A stretch of 63,811 nucleotides of DNA, filler included, from Craspedostauros australis (GCA_030167865.1; 12 parts of 12 records of this genome joined end to end with filler, not necessarily neighbours in it); one strand, 5' to 3'; positions 46,839 through 59,959 are shown, counted from the first letter of the whole stretch. The notes: generated by a model not told the origin, from the letters alone. Translations and numbers: made by a program.

Positions 46839-47021
46839 TTTTGTTTCTCCGAAATAGGTCCAACAGGGTTTCTCACTAAGTTCTTCGAAAGGAGATTCGT
46901 TCTTCGCCAATCGTGGAATGTCGAGCGTGACTTTCTCGTGTCTGGGTGACAAAATCGTTCTTGGGTGTCGAATTAGTCGTACTAGTCGATTTTCGTTTCC
47001 GTTGCTTTTTGCCGGGTGTCC
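46839..47021 (-). mobile_element. left end of a second member of the Harbinger-like family
   Basis: The reverse complement matches about 5383-5560: near-identical for the first ~110 bp, then diverged. The TIR is followed by CAG at 47022-47024. Confidence 0.8.
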
Positions 47022-48232
47022 CAGATTGTGGCGTTGATGGAAGTTGTGTCTGGGTTCTTGTTTTGATGTCCGTTGATTTCTCTTTCTTCCGTTTTTTGGT
47101 GTTGTTTCGTGTTGTTCGTTTGTGTTGATTCGTTCACGGATGCGACTCATATGTCCGTTTGTGAGATCGTCCGATATTGAAAACGACTCGCTTGACTTCT
47201 CGTTTTCCACGATTGATGGTTGAATCGAAATTGATGATGTTGTATTTCACCGCGCCTACTTCAATAGTCTCTCGTTCATCACGTTTCTCCATCTCACATT
47301 CTCGGTCTCACTTTTTGCCACAGGCCTCAACGCAGTTCAACTCAGTTCAACTCAGTTCCATTCATCCACTGAATCTCAGAAAGTGCCTGTCTCATCTTCC
47401 CGCTTCTCGTTCTTCGACTTCCCTCTTTCATTCCGCTTGGGCTTTCTTGCTTCTGTTCGCTTTTGCATCAATCAGAACAACCAAGATCAACATCTATCGC
47501 GACTCTCTGTCAACATTCATCATCACTGTTATCACTGCCAACATCGCCACTGCCGTCATTGTCAACATCATCCCCAACGTCATTGCTGGGAGCTCTGTTT
47601 GGTTGTCTTCTTTCGTCACTGTTCTGGTTGGCAACAACGTCATGATGTCATGATGCAATGATGCAATGAAGAGTCATGGTCTGAAGGCCTTTCATGAGCA
47701 AAACGAATTCTCCGTGACCAATTCGTTCGCAGTTTCGTCATCTTCCGTTGACCGCCACCACGAACATGTACCACAGATCGTAATACCATTCCACCAATAC
47801 TCGCTCCATCAACATGTCTATGTCAGGCCTTTCGTCTTTTTCCGCTTCTTGGGTGTCTCCGTATCTCGGTGCTTCGATGCCTTTCGATGTCTTTCGATGC
47901 ATCAGCTTCTCTCCATCTCCATACCATGTTCCTCCAGTATTCCAGCATTCCAGCATTCCAGTCTCCTGGTATGTCCTGGTATGTCCTTGTGCAGCTGCCT
48001 ACTCGCGCTCACGTGTGTTTATGTTTGTTGATTTGTACCGCGATAGGCCAATCGTTGGCACTTTCGCGATAGTTCATGTCAGATCTCTTCCATTCAGCAA
48101 TGTTCATACCCTCTCTGTGTCCATGATCATCATCGTTCTCATAAAAACAACAACCCCAGCACAACTGCAAACGCAAACACATCAATACACACACACACAG
48201 CCCAACCAAACCAAACAATCGACCACGCAAAC

Positions 48233-49417
48233 ATGAGCGAGGACAACAACCAGGACTGGCGCATCGCCCTCTTTGGTCCATCCATCCAGCAAAATCAAAG
48301 TGAGTGCCATGCTGAGGAATGTCCCATCACTCTCATCCCAACCCAACAGGCATTCGACACAGACCTCTACGACTACATCGCCGTATTCATCGGTGCCAAC
48401 TACTGTCCCCACTGCAAGGAATTCGCACCCACCGTCGTGTCTGCCGCACTCAAGACCCTCCAACCACACAAGCGATGCAAGGTCATCTTCGTCAGCAACG
48501 ACCGCGACGGCCATGACAACTTCCGCCAAAGTTGCAACAAGGTGGCCGGGATCGACGTGATGCCGTACGACCTGGAGAAGACCGCGACCATGAGAGATCT
48601 GTTCGGCCTTAAGACCATCCCTGCCCTGATGATCCTCCGGAATCAGGTGGGACCTGAGTTTGGCATGGACGCCAACGTCAGCTCGGATGACCTGCTGAAG
48701 AGCGTGCCAGTGGTGACCAACGCTCGTCACCTCCTGCCCAACGACATCCAATGCGACAACTTCCCATGGGGGGACAAGGATGCTGCTGGTGGAGCTGGCG
48801 TTCACGGTCACACCGGCATGGACAAGGCACAGCCCATGTCCAACATGGACAGATTCATCATCCGTGGCAAGTACGGCAACTGGTGGGACCTCGGACACAG
48901 CAACGTCAACCCCGACAAGCCGGATGAGATCTACATGGACGAGCACGCGGTGCGCGCCCGAGCTGGTCTCCTCAACGTCATCACGTGGATCGCCCTGATG
49001 AACGTATTCTTCTGGAACGACAAGATCTACGTCCAGGTGCTGTTCCCGCTGGTGGCATGGGAGTTCCTGAGCAGCATGGTGTTCGGTCTGACGCCGCTGG
49101 CACCGATCGGCATCGCTGGCACCCTTCTCTCCATCCTGCTCCATCCCGAGGGACCGTACTGGAAACCGGCCAGACCAAAGCGCTTTGCTTGGTTGATCGG
49201 TCTCACGTTGGCATGCACATGCTTGACGTTGTTCGTGCTCCGCAAGGAGATGGACAAGGACTTGTACAAGCCTTTGATCGCGAGCGTGGTGCTGACATGC
49301 AACGTCGCCACCTGGCTGGAATCGAGCGTCGGTTTCTGTCTGGGATGCTTCATCTACAACACGTACCTGGTGAATTGGTTCGAAGGGTTGGAGGAGTGCG
49401 AGGAGTGTAAGTTGTGA
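48233..49417 (+). CDS. thioredoxin-like (nucleoredoxin/tryparedoxin-type, CPHC) domain fused to a DUF4395-like membrane domain
   Basis: N-terminal half: FIGANYCPHC, VIFVSND, KTIPAL. C-terminal half: DEHAVRARAG, PKRFAWLIG, LESSVGFCLGCFIY. Confidence 0.8.
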   Translation: MSEDNNQDWRIALFGPSIQQNQSECHAEECPITLIPTQQAFDTDLYDYIAVFIGANYCPHCKEFAPTVVSAALKTLQPHKRCKVIFVSNDRDGHDNFRQSCNKVAGIDVMPYDLEKTATMRDLFGLKTIPALMILRNQVGPEFGMDANVSSDDLLKSVPVVTNARHLLPNDIQCDNFPWGDKDAAGGAGVHGHTGMDKAQPMSNMDRFIIRGKYGNWWDLGHSNVNPDKPDEIYMDEHAVRARAGLLNVITWIALMNVFFWNDKIYVQVLFPLVAWEFLSSMVFGLTPLAPIGIAGTLLSILLHPEGPYWKPARPKRFAWLIGLTLACTCLTLFVLRKEMDKDLYKPLIASVVLTCNVATWLESSVGFCLGCFIYNTYLVNWFEGLEECEECKL

Positions 49418-49960
49418 GCAAGACACTATGAATATGTCGTGGTAGTCCCTATTAGAACTCGAACTGAGATGAGACGAGATGAGGTGTGATACACGTACAC
49501 TTGCTGAACCCCTCTGGATGTCACAAGAGTGGGATCAGTACCATACTCGTACCATACATAGTCGTAAAGTGAAGTAACCGAATGAATCACCGTTCTCTAC
49601 TACACGAAGACCTTCTTCGAGTCGCAATAGTGTTGTCGACGAGTGGTCATCTCTTGCGTATGAATGAACGGATGGCTGGTTTCATACTCGTACTTGCCAT
49701 AGGCAGTTGCAATTCATGTTCCGCACCATGTCATGCGAACGTTCGTCTCTATTTATTCGTATCGTAGTTGTATGGCATGGTACACTACTTCTGCGGGGAA
49801 TCAGCCGACTCTCTACGCTGTGCCATGCGATGATGATGACGGAATGCAAAACTGTCAGCATGTACCCATGTGGCTCGTACTCTACTCGCATATACGAGTA
49901 CTACACTTGTGTTCGTGCAAGTATGGCATAGGTCGCACCAATGCGTCTCGCAAACACAAC

Positions 49961-51363
49961 TCAAGCTGCGAACGCCGGAGATACTGCCGCGGTATCATTG
50001 CAGGTCGAGATGAGGCCTTGCAGCACGCTCGCTTCGCCGCCTTCCATCTCATCGTCGTCTGCCAACAACACCCGAACCACGTTCCCAACCACGATCGTCG
50101 ACGGTGCCTGCACATTGTATTCCTTGGCGATAGCACCGATGTTGCTCAGATCACCAACCACCGTTCGTTGCTCGGGACAGCCGGCTCGTTCGATGATTCC
50201 GACTGCTGTGTCTGCTGGGTATCCCGCGAGTCGCTGCAGCCGTTCCGAAAGCTCTGTGAGACGGCCCACGGCCATGAGGAAGACGATGGTCTGTTCTGGA
50301 TGGTATTGGATGAGATCAGGCGAGGTTCCTTCCCGTCCGTATCCGGTGCACATGACGACCTGGTTGGCGACACCACGGTGGGTGACAGGGATGGAACCCA
50401 GCAATGGTGCCGAGAATGCTGCCGAAACGCCCTGCGATGGAGAGCGATCGTGGAATGTGAATATTGGTGGTATGGAACAGCACAAAGGAGAACGTTGATG
50501 TGAACGTTGATGTGAACGATAATGTGAGCATTGATGAGATTGATGGATGGTGAGTGAATGAATGGCAGTCCAACCGCGCTCGACCAACTGGAATACAAGT
50601 GGCGAGGCCTTGTGATATCATGCTCGCACATGTGAACACTCACCGGAATGACGCTGGGTTCGATGCCGTAGTCTCGGAATTGCAACACCTCTTCGCCACC
50701 ACGGCCAAACACGAACGGATCACCGATCTTCAATCGGATCACTTCCATTCCCTTCTGCAACCCTTCATGCGCCCACTTGTAGATCTCATTCTGCGCCAGA
50801 TTCGCACATCCTGGCAATTTCCGCGCGATCTTCTGCTCTGCATCATCCGAAATCAGATCCAGGATCTCCTTGCTGACCAGTCGATCGCAGATGACGAGCG
50901 TGTTGGAAGTTGCCTCGGTGAGCAGCTTGTACGCCGAGACCGTGAGGAGGTTGGGATCGCCTGGTCCCGATCCCACCATGGTGATGGTGCCTCCATTGGG
51001 AAGTTGCTTGATGGGTTTGCTGCGACTTTTGCCCTTGCCCTTGTTATTGGCATTTCCATTGGCATTGCTATTCAATGATGATTGATACAGCGGTGGCAGC
51101 GATGATGGATCTGGAATATCCCATCCATTTTCATCTGCCGTTGCCTTGGCAGCATTCATCGCTGTGCTCGTCGCACAGTTGTTGTTGATGATGATGCTTC
51201 TGGGTTGATCATCGTGTCTGTGATAGCTTGATTGATGGCTTGATTGATGCACGACCATTGGTGACGTGACAATGATGAATGCATCCATCGATGGGATTGT
51301 GACCATCAGCGGAATCACCAATGGAGCCACCAACGTGGCCAGGTTGGAAGCAATCGATCTCAT
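49961..51363 (-). CDS. UPM1: uroporphyrinogen-III C-methyltransferase (SUMT, siroheme pathway), probably plastid-targeted; intron 50432-50643
   Basis: Motifs VGSGPGDPNLLT, DRLV, RLKIGDPFVFGRGGEE and spliced VIPGVSA..IPVTHRG. Signal peptide ending DAF. Confidence 0.9.
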
Positions 51364-52178
51364 GTTGTTGCGTTCTCTGCCACTTTTCTGCGTCTCTGGT
51401 GTGCGATGTCTCCACTGTCTCCACTACTTCTCTCTATTTCTCTACAGCACGCTGCCTTGTGATGTGCTATGCCGTTGTCTTCAAATGAGGATGTGATGGA
51501 AGATGTCGGACAAGATCGCAAGTTGAGAGATATGTGCGGAGCCCAACAAGTTGGTCGATTGGTTGGTGGCGCGGAATGGAGTGCGATGGAATGGCGAAAG
51601 TGGCTCCGAAGAAGAGATGGAAGAAGAACGAGAATGAAATGAGAACGAAAGGAGGAGGAACAAGAGGAGAGAGAAGGGAAGAAAAGGGAAGAAAAGGGAG
51701 GGAGGGTGGTGATGTGTCGTTCGCTTTCTGCTTCTGTTTGTCTCTGTTTGCTTCTGTTTGCTTCTGTTTTGGATGTCTGGTTTGGTGATTGGTTGGTCAT
51801 GAAGGATGGTTGCGCAGAGAGAGAGAGAGAGAGCTGATGGTGATGTCTCTTGTTCTTGTTCTTGTTCTTCTTCTCTGCCTCCGACGGAAATTGGTGGATG
51901 GAATTGGCGGAAAATCGAAGCGGCAGATGGCGGTTGTTGCACATGACGTCACGAATGAATGTCGTTGTCGTTCCAGCAATCGACCCAGTTGACCAACCGA
52001 ACCATCATGAGTGGTTGTTCGCGAGTCGTGTTGGTGGATGATAGTCTCACTACCACCAAAGCCAGTACCCCACCACAGTATTCAATTACATCGTAGAATA
52101 TTCAAATACATGTGGAGTATGATGTTATTGTAGCAACGATCTATGGTGGCGCAGTCTGCTGTTCTGTTCTGCTCTGCT

Positions 52179-53981
52179 CTACTTCTGTCTCCCCTCCTTC
52201 CTCTTCTTCTTCTTCTTCTTCATGCTCTGAAGCAAACCCTCCCATGATGTCACATCCTGGAACAATCGGTCCAGATCGATGTTGCAGAATTCGCGTCTCT
52301 CGTACGCGATGCGCTGAAAGGACGAGCGGTGCATCGCCTCGCCCTCAGGAGATGCGTACCATTCCGGCATCAGCTTCGCTTCCGTGGCAAGTGATATCGC
52401 GAGCAAATACTCCAGATGTCCATCATTGGGACAATTCAACGGAAGATCGGCGATCGTCTTGTTCAGCACGTCGCGGTGATATCGCACCATCTCATCTACC
52501 ATTTCGATTCTGGTGCGCTGAGTCTGCGTGTCTGCACTGATGAGACCACGTTCGGCAGCCGCGAAGATGATGTCGTTGTAGTTGAACCACGCCATGTTGC
52601 GCACATTGCGTGCGACGTTGACCGTCTGGTTCCGTAGATGGTGGCAGGAGTTGGGAGCATCGTCGATGAAGTCGCACATGAGCTGCTGCGTGATGTGCTG
52701 CTTGGAATGGAGGTTGAGGGCGTGGACGGCGACGCCACCTTCTCCCCAGTTCTGGACCGTCCCATCCATGTGGACGTACCTCAGCGTCATGGTCTTGCGA
52801 TGGCGTGGATGTCCAAAGAAGGGACGGGAGCTCGATCGGATCCATTCGTAGATCAACGGCCAGGTTCGGGGATGCGCTTCGCCGCCATCCTTTGGCCATC
52901 GGGTGCATTCGTTGTTCTCCTCAGCCGCGCTACCGTTCATCTCCTTCATGGTGCTGAGCATCCATTCGAAGACGCGGCGGTACGTGACGACAACGGTCAG
53001 ATTCCAGCCAGCCAAGAGGTCCCTGATGTTTTCGAAGAAGACGGGGTTGTCGTAGATGCCGCGCCTGAAACGCTGCAGGTAGGAGTACTTCTCGTCGCTC
53101 ATGATGGTGGACAGGCCACGCTGCCTCAGTGCATTTAGTAGGTTCTTCATCCTCTTGACGCAATGCGGAATTGGAATCGGAGGTGGCGATGGTGTGACGG
53201 CGTCTGTTGTATTGGTTGCATCTGTTGCATTGGTTACATTGGTTACATTGCCTGCGGATTGCAATTGACGTTTCTTGTGCAGGTATGCGGTGTAATCGTC
53301 ATGCATGCACGTCATGTTCCACATGTCATTGAGATATCCCATCCGATTCCCCCTGAATTGCCCGTTCAGATGGTACCGTCCCCAGTACATGTAGTGATCT
53401 TGCCTGAGGATGTTGCTTCTGGACAGATCCGCCAGGCTGGTTTGGATGGTGGTGGTCGCCGTCTTGGATGGTCCAACATGGATGATGAACCGTGGCATCT
53501 TCTTTGCGTGCGTTGTTTGTGCTTTGTTTGGTTTTACTTTTGCGTGTGCTTGCGGTGAAGGTGCGGAAACGGGGATAGGGACAGATTCTGGTGCTTTCTC
53601 AATCTCGGCAGCGCTTGAAGCTGAAGCTGAAGCCGCAGAAGCCACGGTAGCACTCGTGTTGGGCAGCCCCGTCGTTGATCGATTAAAGCGATTATTGGCA
53701 CGTTGATATTGATGTTGATGTTGAGACGGATGTGATGGGTGTTGCGTTGGATCGACAGTCTGAGATAGCTTCCACATGAACATAGCTGAAGTAAGGATCT
53801 GAACGATGATGGCGATCACGAACTTCGATGACAGAGAACGCTGTTGTTTGTGTTTGTGTCTGCGTTGTGCTGTGTTTGGTTTCCGTCCATTCTTCACATT
53901 CATCATCCTCTTGGATTGATCATGATGGAGTTTGGTAGCATCATCAGCACTATCATGGCCATCGTTGTCACCGACGTTCAT
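52179..53981 (-). CDS. type II membrane P-loop / sulfotransferase-like protein
   Basis: N-terminal TM helix and stem, then FIIHVGPSKTATTTIQ, IMSDEKY and VVVTYRR..W..S. Confidence 0.7.
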   Translation of the reverse strand: MNVGDNDGHDSADDATKLHHDQSKRMMNVKNGRKPNTAQRRHKHKQQRSLSSKFVIAIIVQILTSAMFMWKLSQTVDPTQHPSHPSQHQHQYQRANNRFNRSTTGLPNTSATVASAASASASSAAEIEKAPESVPIPVSAPSPQAHAKVKPNKAQTTHAKKMPRFIIHVGPSKTATTTIQTSLADLSRSNILRQDHYMYWGRYHLNGQFRGNRMGYLNDMWNMTCMHDDYTAYLHKKRQLQSAGNVTNVTNATDATNTTDAVTPSPPPIPIPHCVKRMKNLLNALRQRGLSTIMSDEKYSYLQRFRRGIYDNPVFFENIRDLLAGWNLTVVVTYRRVFEWMLSTMKEMNGSAAEENNECTRWPKDGGEAHPRTWPLIYEWIRSSSRPFFGHPRHRKTMTLRYVHMDGTVQNWGEGGVAVHALNLHSKQHITQQLMCDFIDDAPNSCHHLRNQTVNVARNVRNMAWFNYNDIIFAAAERGLISADTQTQRTRIEMVDEMVRYHRDVLNKTIADLPLNCPNDGHLEYLLAISLATEAKLMPEWYASPEGEAMHRSSFQRIAYERREFCNIDLDRLFQDVTSWEGLLQSMKKKKKKRKEGRQK

Positions 53982-54110
53982 ACTCGCGTGTATGATTGTG
54001 CTCGCGGAGTNNNNNNNNNNNNNNNNNNNNNNNNNNNNNNNNNNNNNNNNNNNNTTAATTAATTAANNNNNNNNNNNNNNNNNNNNNNNNNNNNNNNNNN
54101 NNNNNNNNNN

Positions 54111-55390
54111 GGAATCTCAGATGGAATATCTGAAGGTGATTCCGATGGTAGATCCGATGGCAGACTGGAAGGCATTGCAGACGGGAGGCTTGACGGAGCC
54201 TGAGAGGGATCCTCGGAAGGAATTGAGCTGGGACCCTGAGACGGGACCTCTGACGGAACCTGGCTTGGATTGGATGATGCAAGAGGTGTGGGGAACGGAG
54301 TTGGAGAGAACGTGGGACAGTCTGTTGGAAGCGTGGCTTTGCCCACGCAGAACTCATCCACCCTCTCGCCCGTTGGACTGCCGTCGCTTCTCTTTGGACA
54401 CGCTCCACCCGCATCCGAGATGAGATACACCGCATCGAAGTTGCATTCTGACTGTGTCATGCATCCAGCGCAGCTGTCGACACTCGAGCATCCACCAGCA
54501 GGTACGACAATATCCGTCCTCATCGTGTCGCTGAAGCCCAGCCCCTCGCATGATCCACGACGGGCGCACGCACCATCGCCGATTATCAGGCTTCCTCTGT
54601 TCTTGCCTCCGAAGACACGGTTGATGGTCGAATGAGCATCCTTGCAGGCATTGCCACCGACACAGGCATTCGATCCGATGTTGATGTGACTTTGGATGCG
54701 AATGGGGGAANNNNNNNNNNNNNNNNNNNNNNNNNNNNNNNNNNNNNNNNNNNNNNNNAAGCATGCGCCGTTCTGGACGACCACATCTCCGTATGAGCGA
54801 TATCCCACTCCTTCGCAAGAACGTGAGCTGGTGCACGCTACTTCACCAACGAAGGTGACTCCTGTGATGACGGGATCGGGATCGTTCTGGTTCATGGACT
54901 CGCAAGCACTCACACCAGTGCACGAAGACTCAAGGATGAGGGGGTTGGGTCCCATGTCCTTGCATGCGTTGTCGCCGGTGCATGCAGTGAGAGCCACGGT
55001 AATGAATGGCTGTGATGGAGAGGAAGGGGAGAGAGGAGCGGCCAAGGTGCATCCTGATGTTCCTTGGCAGCATGCATCGGCGATGGGTGGTGTCTGCGTC
55101 ATCCCGATCGTCCTGCACGCTTCCTTGATTTGATCTGGCCGTTCTGTGATGAGGGCTGTTCCAATATCGGCCATCAGCGTGAGTTGGTCAGCGAGCTCTG
55201 CGTTCATGGCGAATCTGTTGAAGAGTTTGCGTGCCGCTCCTTCTCCCACGTTGCCTGCACATGCGAAGTAGTTTTGCAGGTCGGCGGATCTCCTGACGGC
55301 GGTCACGGCTGTGCGGCATGATTCCTTGGTGGCGTCACACATGATGAGCTTGATGCGGCTTTCATCGGGAGTGAGGACGGTGGCGCCGTC
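54111..55390 (-). CDS. Cys-rich / PS-PT-repeat surface protein (partial), paralog of 24938-26836
   Basis: Shares SCR.A.TAVR...LQNYFACAG...ARKLFNR, DMG.NPL.L.SSC, GVTF.G, SHI.IGSNAC and LPTDCPTF with the paralog. Confidence 0.8.
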
Positions 55391-55490
55391 NNNNNNNNNN
55401 NNNNNNNNNNNNNNNNNNNNNNNNNNNNNNNNNNTTAATTAATTAANNNNNNNNNNNNNNNNNNNNNNNNNNNNNNNNNNNNNNNNNNNN

Positions 55491-58400
55491 TAGCCAAGGC
55501 AGAATGCCAGAGTTTGTGCAGCAACCTGTAGAGGTCGAGCTATTGGTTGATTGTTGTTGCAGTGAGTGAGTGTGTGTGTGTGTGAGGTTGTTTGATTGTT
55601 GTCCAAGTTGGGGTTTTATGATTAGATTTTATCGTATGATTGTTTCCTGCAATTTTTATTACGGTGCTATCGCGGCCCCCGTGTAAATTCCCGCAGTAAT
55701 CACTTCCGACTTTTGGTTTTCCTTTTTGTATCCTCTCCGTAGTATACCGTGTTGATCCGGTGTCGTCCCACGTGATTTTTCGTCTTGTTGGTGTCGCAAC
55801 GAGTCCAAACGTGTTGCACCAAAAGACGGACACTCTTCGAGTTTCTCCGATGTTCTTTTGAGTTTCCGAATTTCTCTCGTCATCGCACACAGAGAACATG
55901 ACAGGATGTCCATTGCATTCCAACACCCTTCCTGCATGGCCTCCTGTCGTGCATCCTGATCTCCCTTGTACAAGTATGAGCTCTCGTGCTCGGCTTGGAC
56001 TTCCTGCTTCAGGTTCTTTGTGAATCCATCACTTCTGTTGTCTTCCGATCGCACAAACACAATGTCCAAGAATCCGTCGATGATTTGTTCCCTGACGTAA
56101 TGATAGCGAACATCGATGTGGCGAGTGCGTTGAGAAGTGGATGGGTTAGTCGCGATGTAGATTGCACCGACGTTATCAACCCGAATGCGCACAGGGCGTT
56201 GCACTGTCATTCCCATGTCTTCAAGTAGTTGCACGACGAATTTCACTTCTTTGGCAGCTTCCGACAGGGCGACATATTCAGCTTCCGACGAGCTCAGCGT
56301 TACTGATTTCTGAGCTTTGGAGCGCCATAAGACTGGTGCCCCCAACACATATAGAATGTGTCCACCAACACTGATGCGATTGTTCTGGTCTCCCGCATAC
56401 TCGCTGTCGCTGTACATTTCCAATGTCCAGTTCTCTCCTCGTTTGTAGCATGGTGCCATCAGCAAACCGTAGTGCTTCGTATCCAGGGTGTACTTGATGA
56501 CACGCTTGAGTTTTTTGTAAGCTGCATCCGTTGCTCCGTCCATCACCTTGGTGAGCTCGCGGACAGCATTCGTCAGATCTGGTCGTGAATGTTTGACCAG
56601 ATACAGCAGCATTCCCACTCCCTTCCAGTATCGAGCTTGTTGAGCTTCCGACACCTTCTTGATTCCGTTTTCTTCAGTGGGCCTGATGATGCCCTTCCCC
56701 GGAGTTCCAGCTGTTGCATACCGTTGCATGCTTGCGACTTCTTCTCCAAATTCACCTGAAATACGCTTGATCATGTGTGGCTGTGTGATCTTGACTTTCT
56801 TGTTTTGCTTATCGAATCCGATCTGGCAACTGAGATAGTCACTCAATCCCAGCTCCACTTTCACTTCGAAGATCCCGTTTTTCTTGATTTCTTCCAGGAA
56901 CTTCTGCAACGCCTTGGTGTCCCCGATGCAGAGACAGTCGTCGACATAGATTGCGATCATTACCGTTCCATCATTTGTGTTCCTGATGAACAGGCACGGG
57001 TCCACTTCACTTGCCTTGAATCCAAGACCGATGAGAACGCTTCTGAGCTTCTTGTACCATTGCTTGGCACTTTGGACGAGACCGTAGATTGGCCGTTCGA
57101 GAAGTAGGATTTCGTCTCCGTTCTTGTCCATCCCCGGTGGGCACTCCATATAGATCTCTTCTTCCAGATCGCCGTGTAGGAAGGCGGTTACCACATCCAG
57201 CATGGCTTGGTCCATATCCAGAACGATTGCCATCACCAACATCATTCGGAAAGTGACGTCGTGAGCAACTGGAGAATTGTGTTCAGTGAAGTCGATCCCA
57301 GCCACTTGAGTGTATCCGCATGCGACCAATCGTGCTCGGTATGTTCCGTCTCGCTTGCGTTTGAACACCCACTTGCAGCGTACGCATCGCCTGCTCCCTG
57401 GCTTTTGGTTTCTTGGGACTTTGCGATAGACGCCTCGAGCGGTCATCGACTTGAATTCCTTGCGGATGGCTGCACGGAATCCGTCTTGCACTTCTGGAAT
57501 AGAGTGGTCCCAGGCTTCATCAAAGGTTGTCGGCTCAGTATACTCTTGGCCGCCGACGTACACCGTCTCATCTGCCGCTGACATGCAGATGTCCTGGATG
57601 TCCATGGTCTTCGTTCCAAAGTCGTCATCAATGGTGAACGTTGTTTCATCCGGTGTCTCGGTTTCTTTGTCTTCAGCTGTGTTGTCCTCTGAAGAAGCAT
57701 CGGTGTTGGTTTCTTTTCCATCATCATTGCCCGGCAGTTGTTCTTCTTCCGCCGTCTTCACTTCGATTGGCTCTGCTTCTTCCGTTGACTCCGCTGCCTT
57801 CTCTGGAAGTTTGTTGTGGTCCCCCAGCCGTGCAAGTTCTCGTTGCACCTTTGCATTGGTGGGTTGCGCAGGCTCAGCCTGTGTTGGACGAGATCCTCGC
57901 AACGAATATCGAGAAGTTGCGGTTTCCGATCGGTTGGTTGGTTTGGCTTGCTTCTTTGCTTCCCACCTGGACTCCCGTTCGCGACGAAGTCGGTTCACGG
58001 ATGTAGGAAACCGGTCCAAAGGTCTTCCTCTTGCTTTCCGAGATGGACGAGTCGGTGCAGCTCGCTTCCCGCCATCACCTTTTCCATCGTCATCTGCTTT
58101 GCCATCATCCCGATTGCTTTCATCCTGATTGCCTTCATCAGCCCGTTCATCATCTTTATCTTTGCCATCATCGTCTTCGACATCGATTCGAATGGGATCG
58201 AAAGGATTCGAAGGATCACGAAAGATACCGTCATCAGAGTCATCGTCGTCAGATGCAGCCTCCGGTTCATTCTTTTTCCATCGGACTCCCTTCCGAATGG
58301 GTTGGAACCCATCGTCATCGGCTGCGTTCGTCCCTTCCGGCTCCTTGGTCTCCAGAATGCGGACGTTGTCTCCAGCTGCCGTCCAGCCTTGATGTTCCCC

Positions 58401-58706
58401 AAATGTCTTGTCGATCCAGGTCACATCTCTCGTGTGAACGATCGCATTGGTATCAGGATTGAACATCCTGAATACTCCCGATGCGTGCCTTGTGCTGTAT
58501 CCCACAAAGACCATTGGCTTACCGCGGTTCCGCAACTTCGCCGTGATCTTGCCGTGAAGTGACTTCACTATGCCAACCTCTCCGAACGTCCTCAAATGCT
58601 CGAGAAACTTTGGTGGAGAACCGAAGAACGCCTCGTGGGGAGACTTCCGATTGAGCTTAGTGACCAGGATGTTGGACAAGAGCGTGGCTGTCTCCGCTGC
58701 CTCAGC
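55491..58706 (-). mobile_element. Ty1/Copia retrotransposon 3' part: integrase C-terminus, RT, RNase H, PPT and 3' LTR
   Basis: RT motifs YRARLVACGY, YGLVQS and YVDD. RNase H motifs SDSEYAGD, SSSEAEY and RHIDVRYH. The PPT AGGAAGGG is followed by TGTTGG at 55925. Confidence 0.93.
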
Positions 58707-58846
58707 NNNNNNNNNNNNNNNNNNNNNNNNNNNNNNNNNNNNNNNNNNNNTTAATTAATTAANNNNNNNNNNNNNNNNNNNNNNNNNNNNNNNNNNNNNN
58801 NNNNNNTGAGAATTTCAAGCGCCGCATCGCGCAGTACAACGAAAGG

Positions 58847-59959
58847 ATGGCAATAAAGAGATCGAACAGAGGATACGGCGGCAGAAACGACGGCAACTTC
58901 GGCGATGATTTTGATGTCGTCTCATGCCCGGCTTCTGCAGATAGTCTCAGACACTTCTTGGACATCCTCCGGCGTTCCACTCTGCAACTTCGAAAGATTC
59001 TTCCGCCAACACCTCACACTTCACCGGAAGCTGAATTTGAATGGATCGCAGATTGGCGCGAATCGTGCGACAAGAGATTCAGACACTCTCGTCTCAACGT
59101 NNNNNNNNNNNNNNNNNNNNNNNNNNNNCTGAAGGACGCGCCACAAATTGCAGATGCTTCCTCACCTGCCTCTGTCTCTGCTCAGTCCTATCCACAACCC
59201 ACACTTCGACCTTTTCGCCTCCTCGCACGCAAATCAGTCGCGGCATCAGTCCGCGCTCGCAACCGTTGCAACCATCAAGGTCCATCGCCTCATGGTGAGA
59301 CTGGCGGCGATGATGCAAGCGAAGACGGAGACAATTCCGTCAGAACGAGCGGGGACGATCAACACAATCTAGACGATGACGACGACGATGACGACGACGA
59401 TGATAACGAGTACGCGCCTGCCACTGTCACCAGCTACGACAACACGGAGAGCAGCAGCGACAACGACAGTGCCACCCAGATGCGGGGATCCAATGACCAA
59501 CAGGCGACGACTGCCTATGCCCCATCGCGCAAACGCAAGCGTCGTGGCGTATCCGCAGATGCTGACAGGAGCACGCGTATCGTCTTCAAAGACGATGAGG
59601 AGGACGGCAACACGGATGATAGCGCCCATGTGGAAAACAGCGACGCTGCCGGAGACGACAATAACGTTGCCACAACAGCCAGTCGTCGCCAGCATCGCGG
59701 ACGCCGTCGTGACAACACAGACGGCACGTCGCAGGTGCGTTCAGAAACAGCGCAAGTCACGCGAACAGAAGACCGAAACTCCGCAAGAAGCACATCACTC
59801 CAATGCAGCGAGGAGATGGACATGATTCGCGAGGAACTCCGGCTTGCCAAACTCAAGCGCAACTACCACGATCTGCGCCTTCAGGAACTCAATCTGAAGC
59901 TTCAGGTTGCTGAGGCGAAGAAAGAAATGGAGGAAGCGCATCACAATCGCTCGGAATGA
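58847..59959 (+). CDS. hypothetical low-complexity protein with C-terminal coiled coil (5' partial, internal gap)
   Basis: Long ORF with acidic tracts and a heptad-like C-terminus; no recognisable domain. Confidence 0.45.
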   Translation: MAIKRSNRGYGGRNDGNFGDDFDVVSCPASADSLRHFLDILRRSTLQLRKILPPTPHTSPEAEFEWIADWRESCDKRFRHSRLNXXXXXXXXXXLKDAPQIADASSPASVSAQSYPQPTLRPFRLLARKSVAASVRARNRCNHQGPSPHGETGGDDASEDGDNSVRTSGDDQHNLDDDDDDDDDDDNEYAPATVTSYDNTESSSDNDSATQMRGSNDQQATTAYAPSRKRKRRGVSADADRSTRIVFKDDEEDGNTDDSAHVENSDAAGDDNNVATTASRRQHRGRRRDNTDGTSQVRSETAQVTRTEDRNSARSTSLQCSEEMDMIREELRLAKLKRNYHDLRLQELNLKLQVAEAKKEMEEAHHNRSE

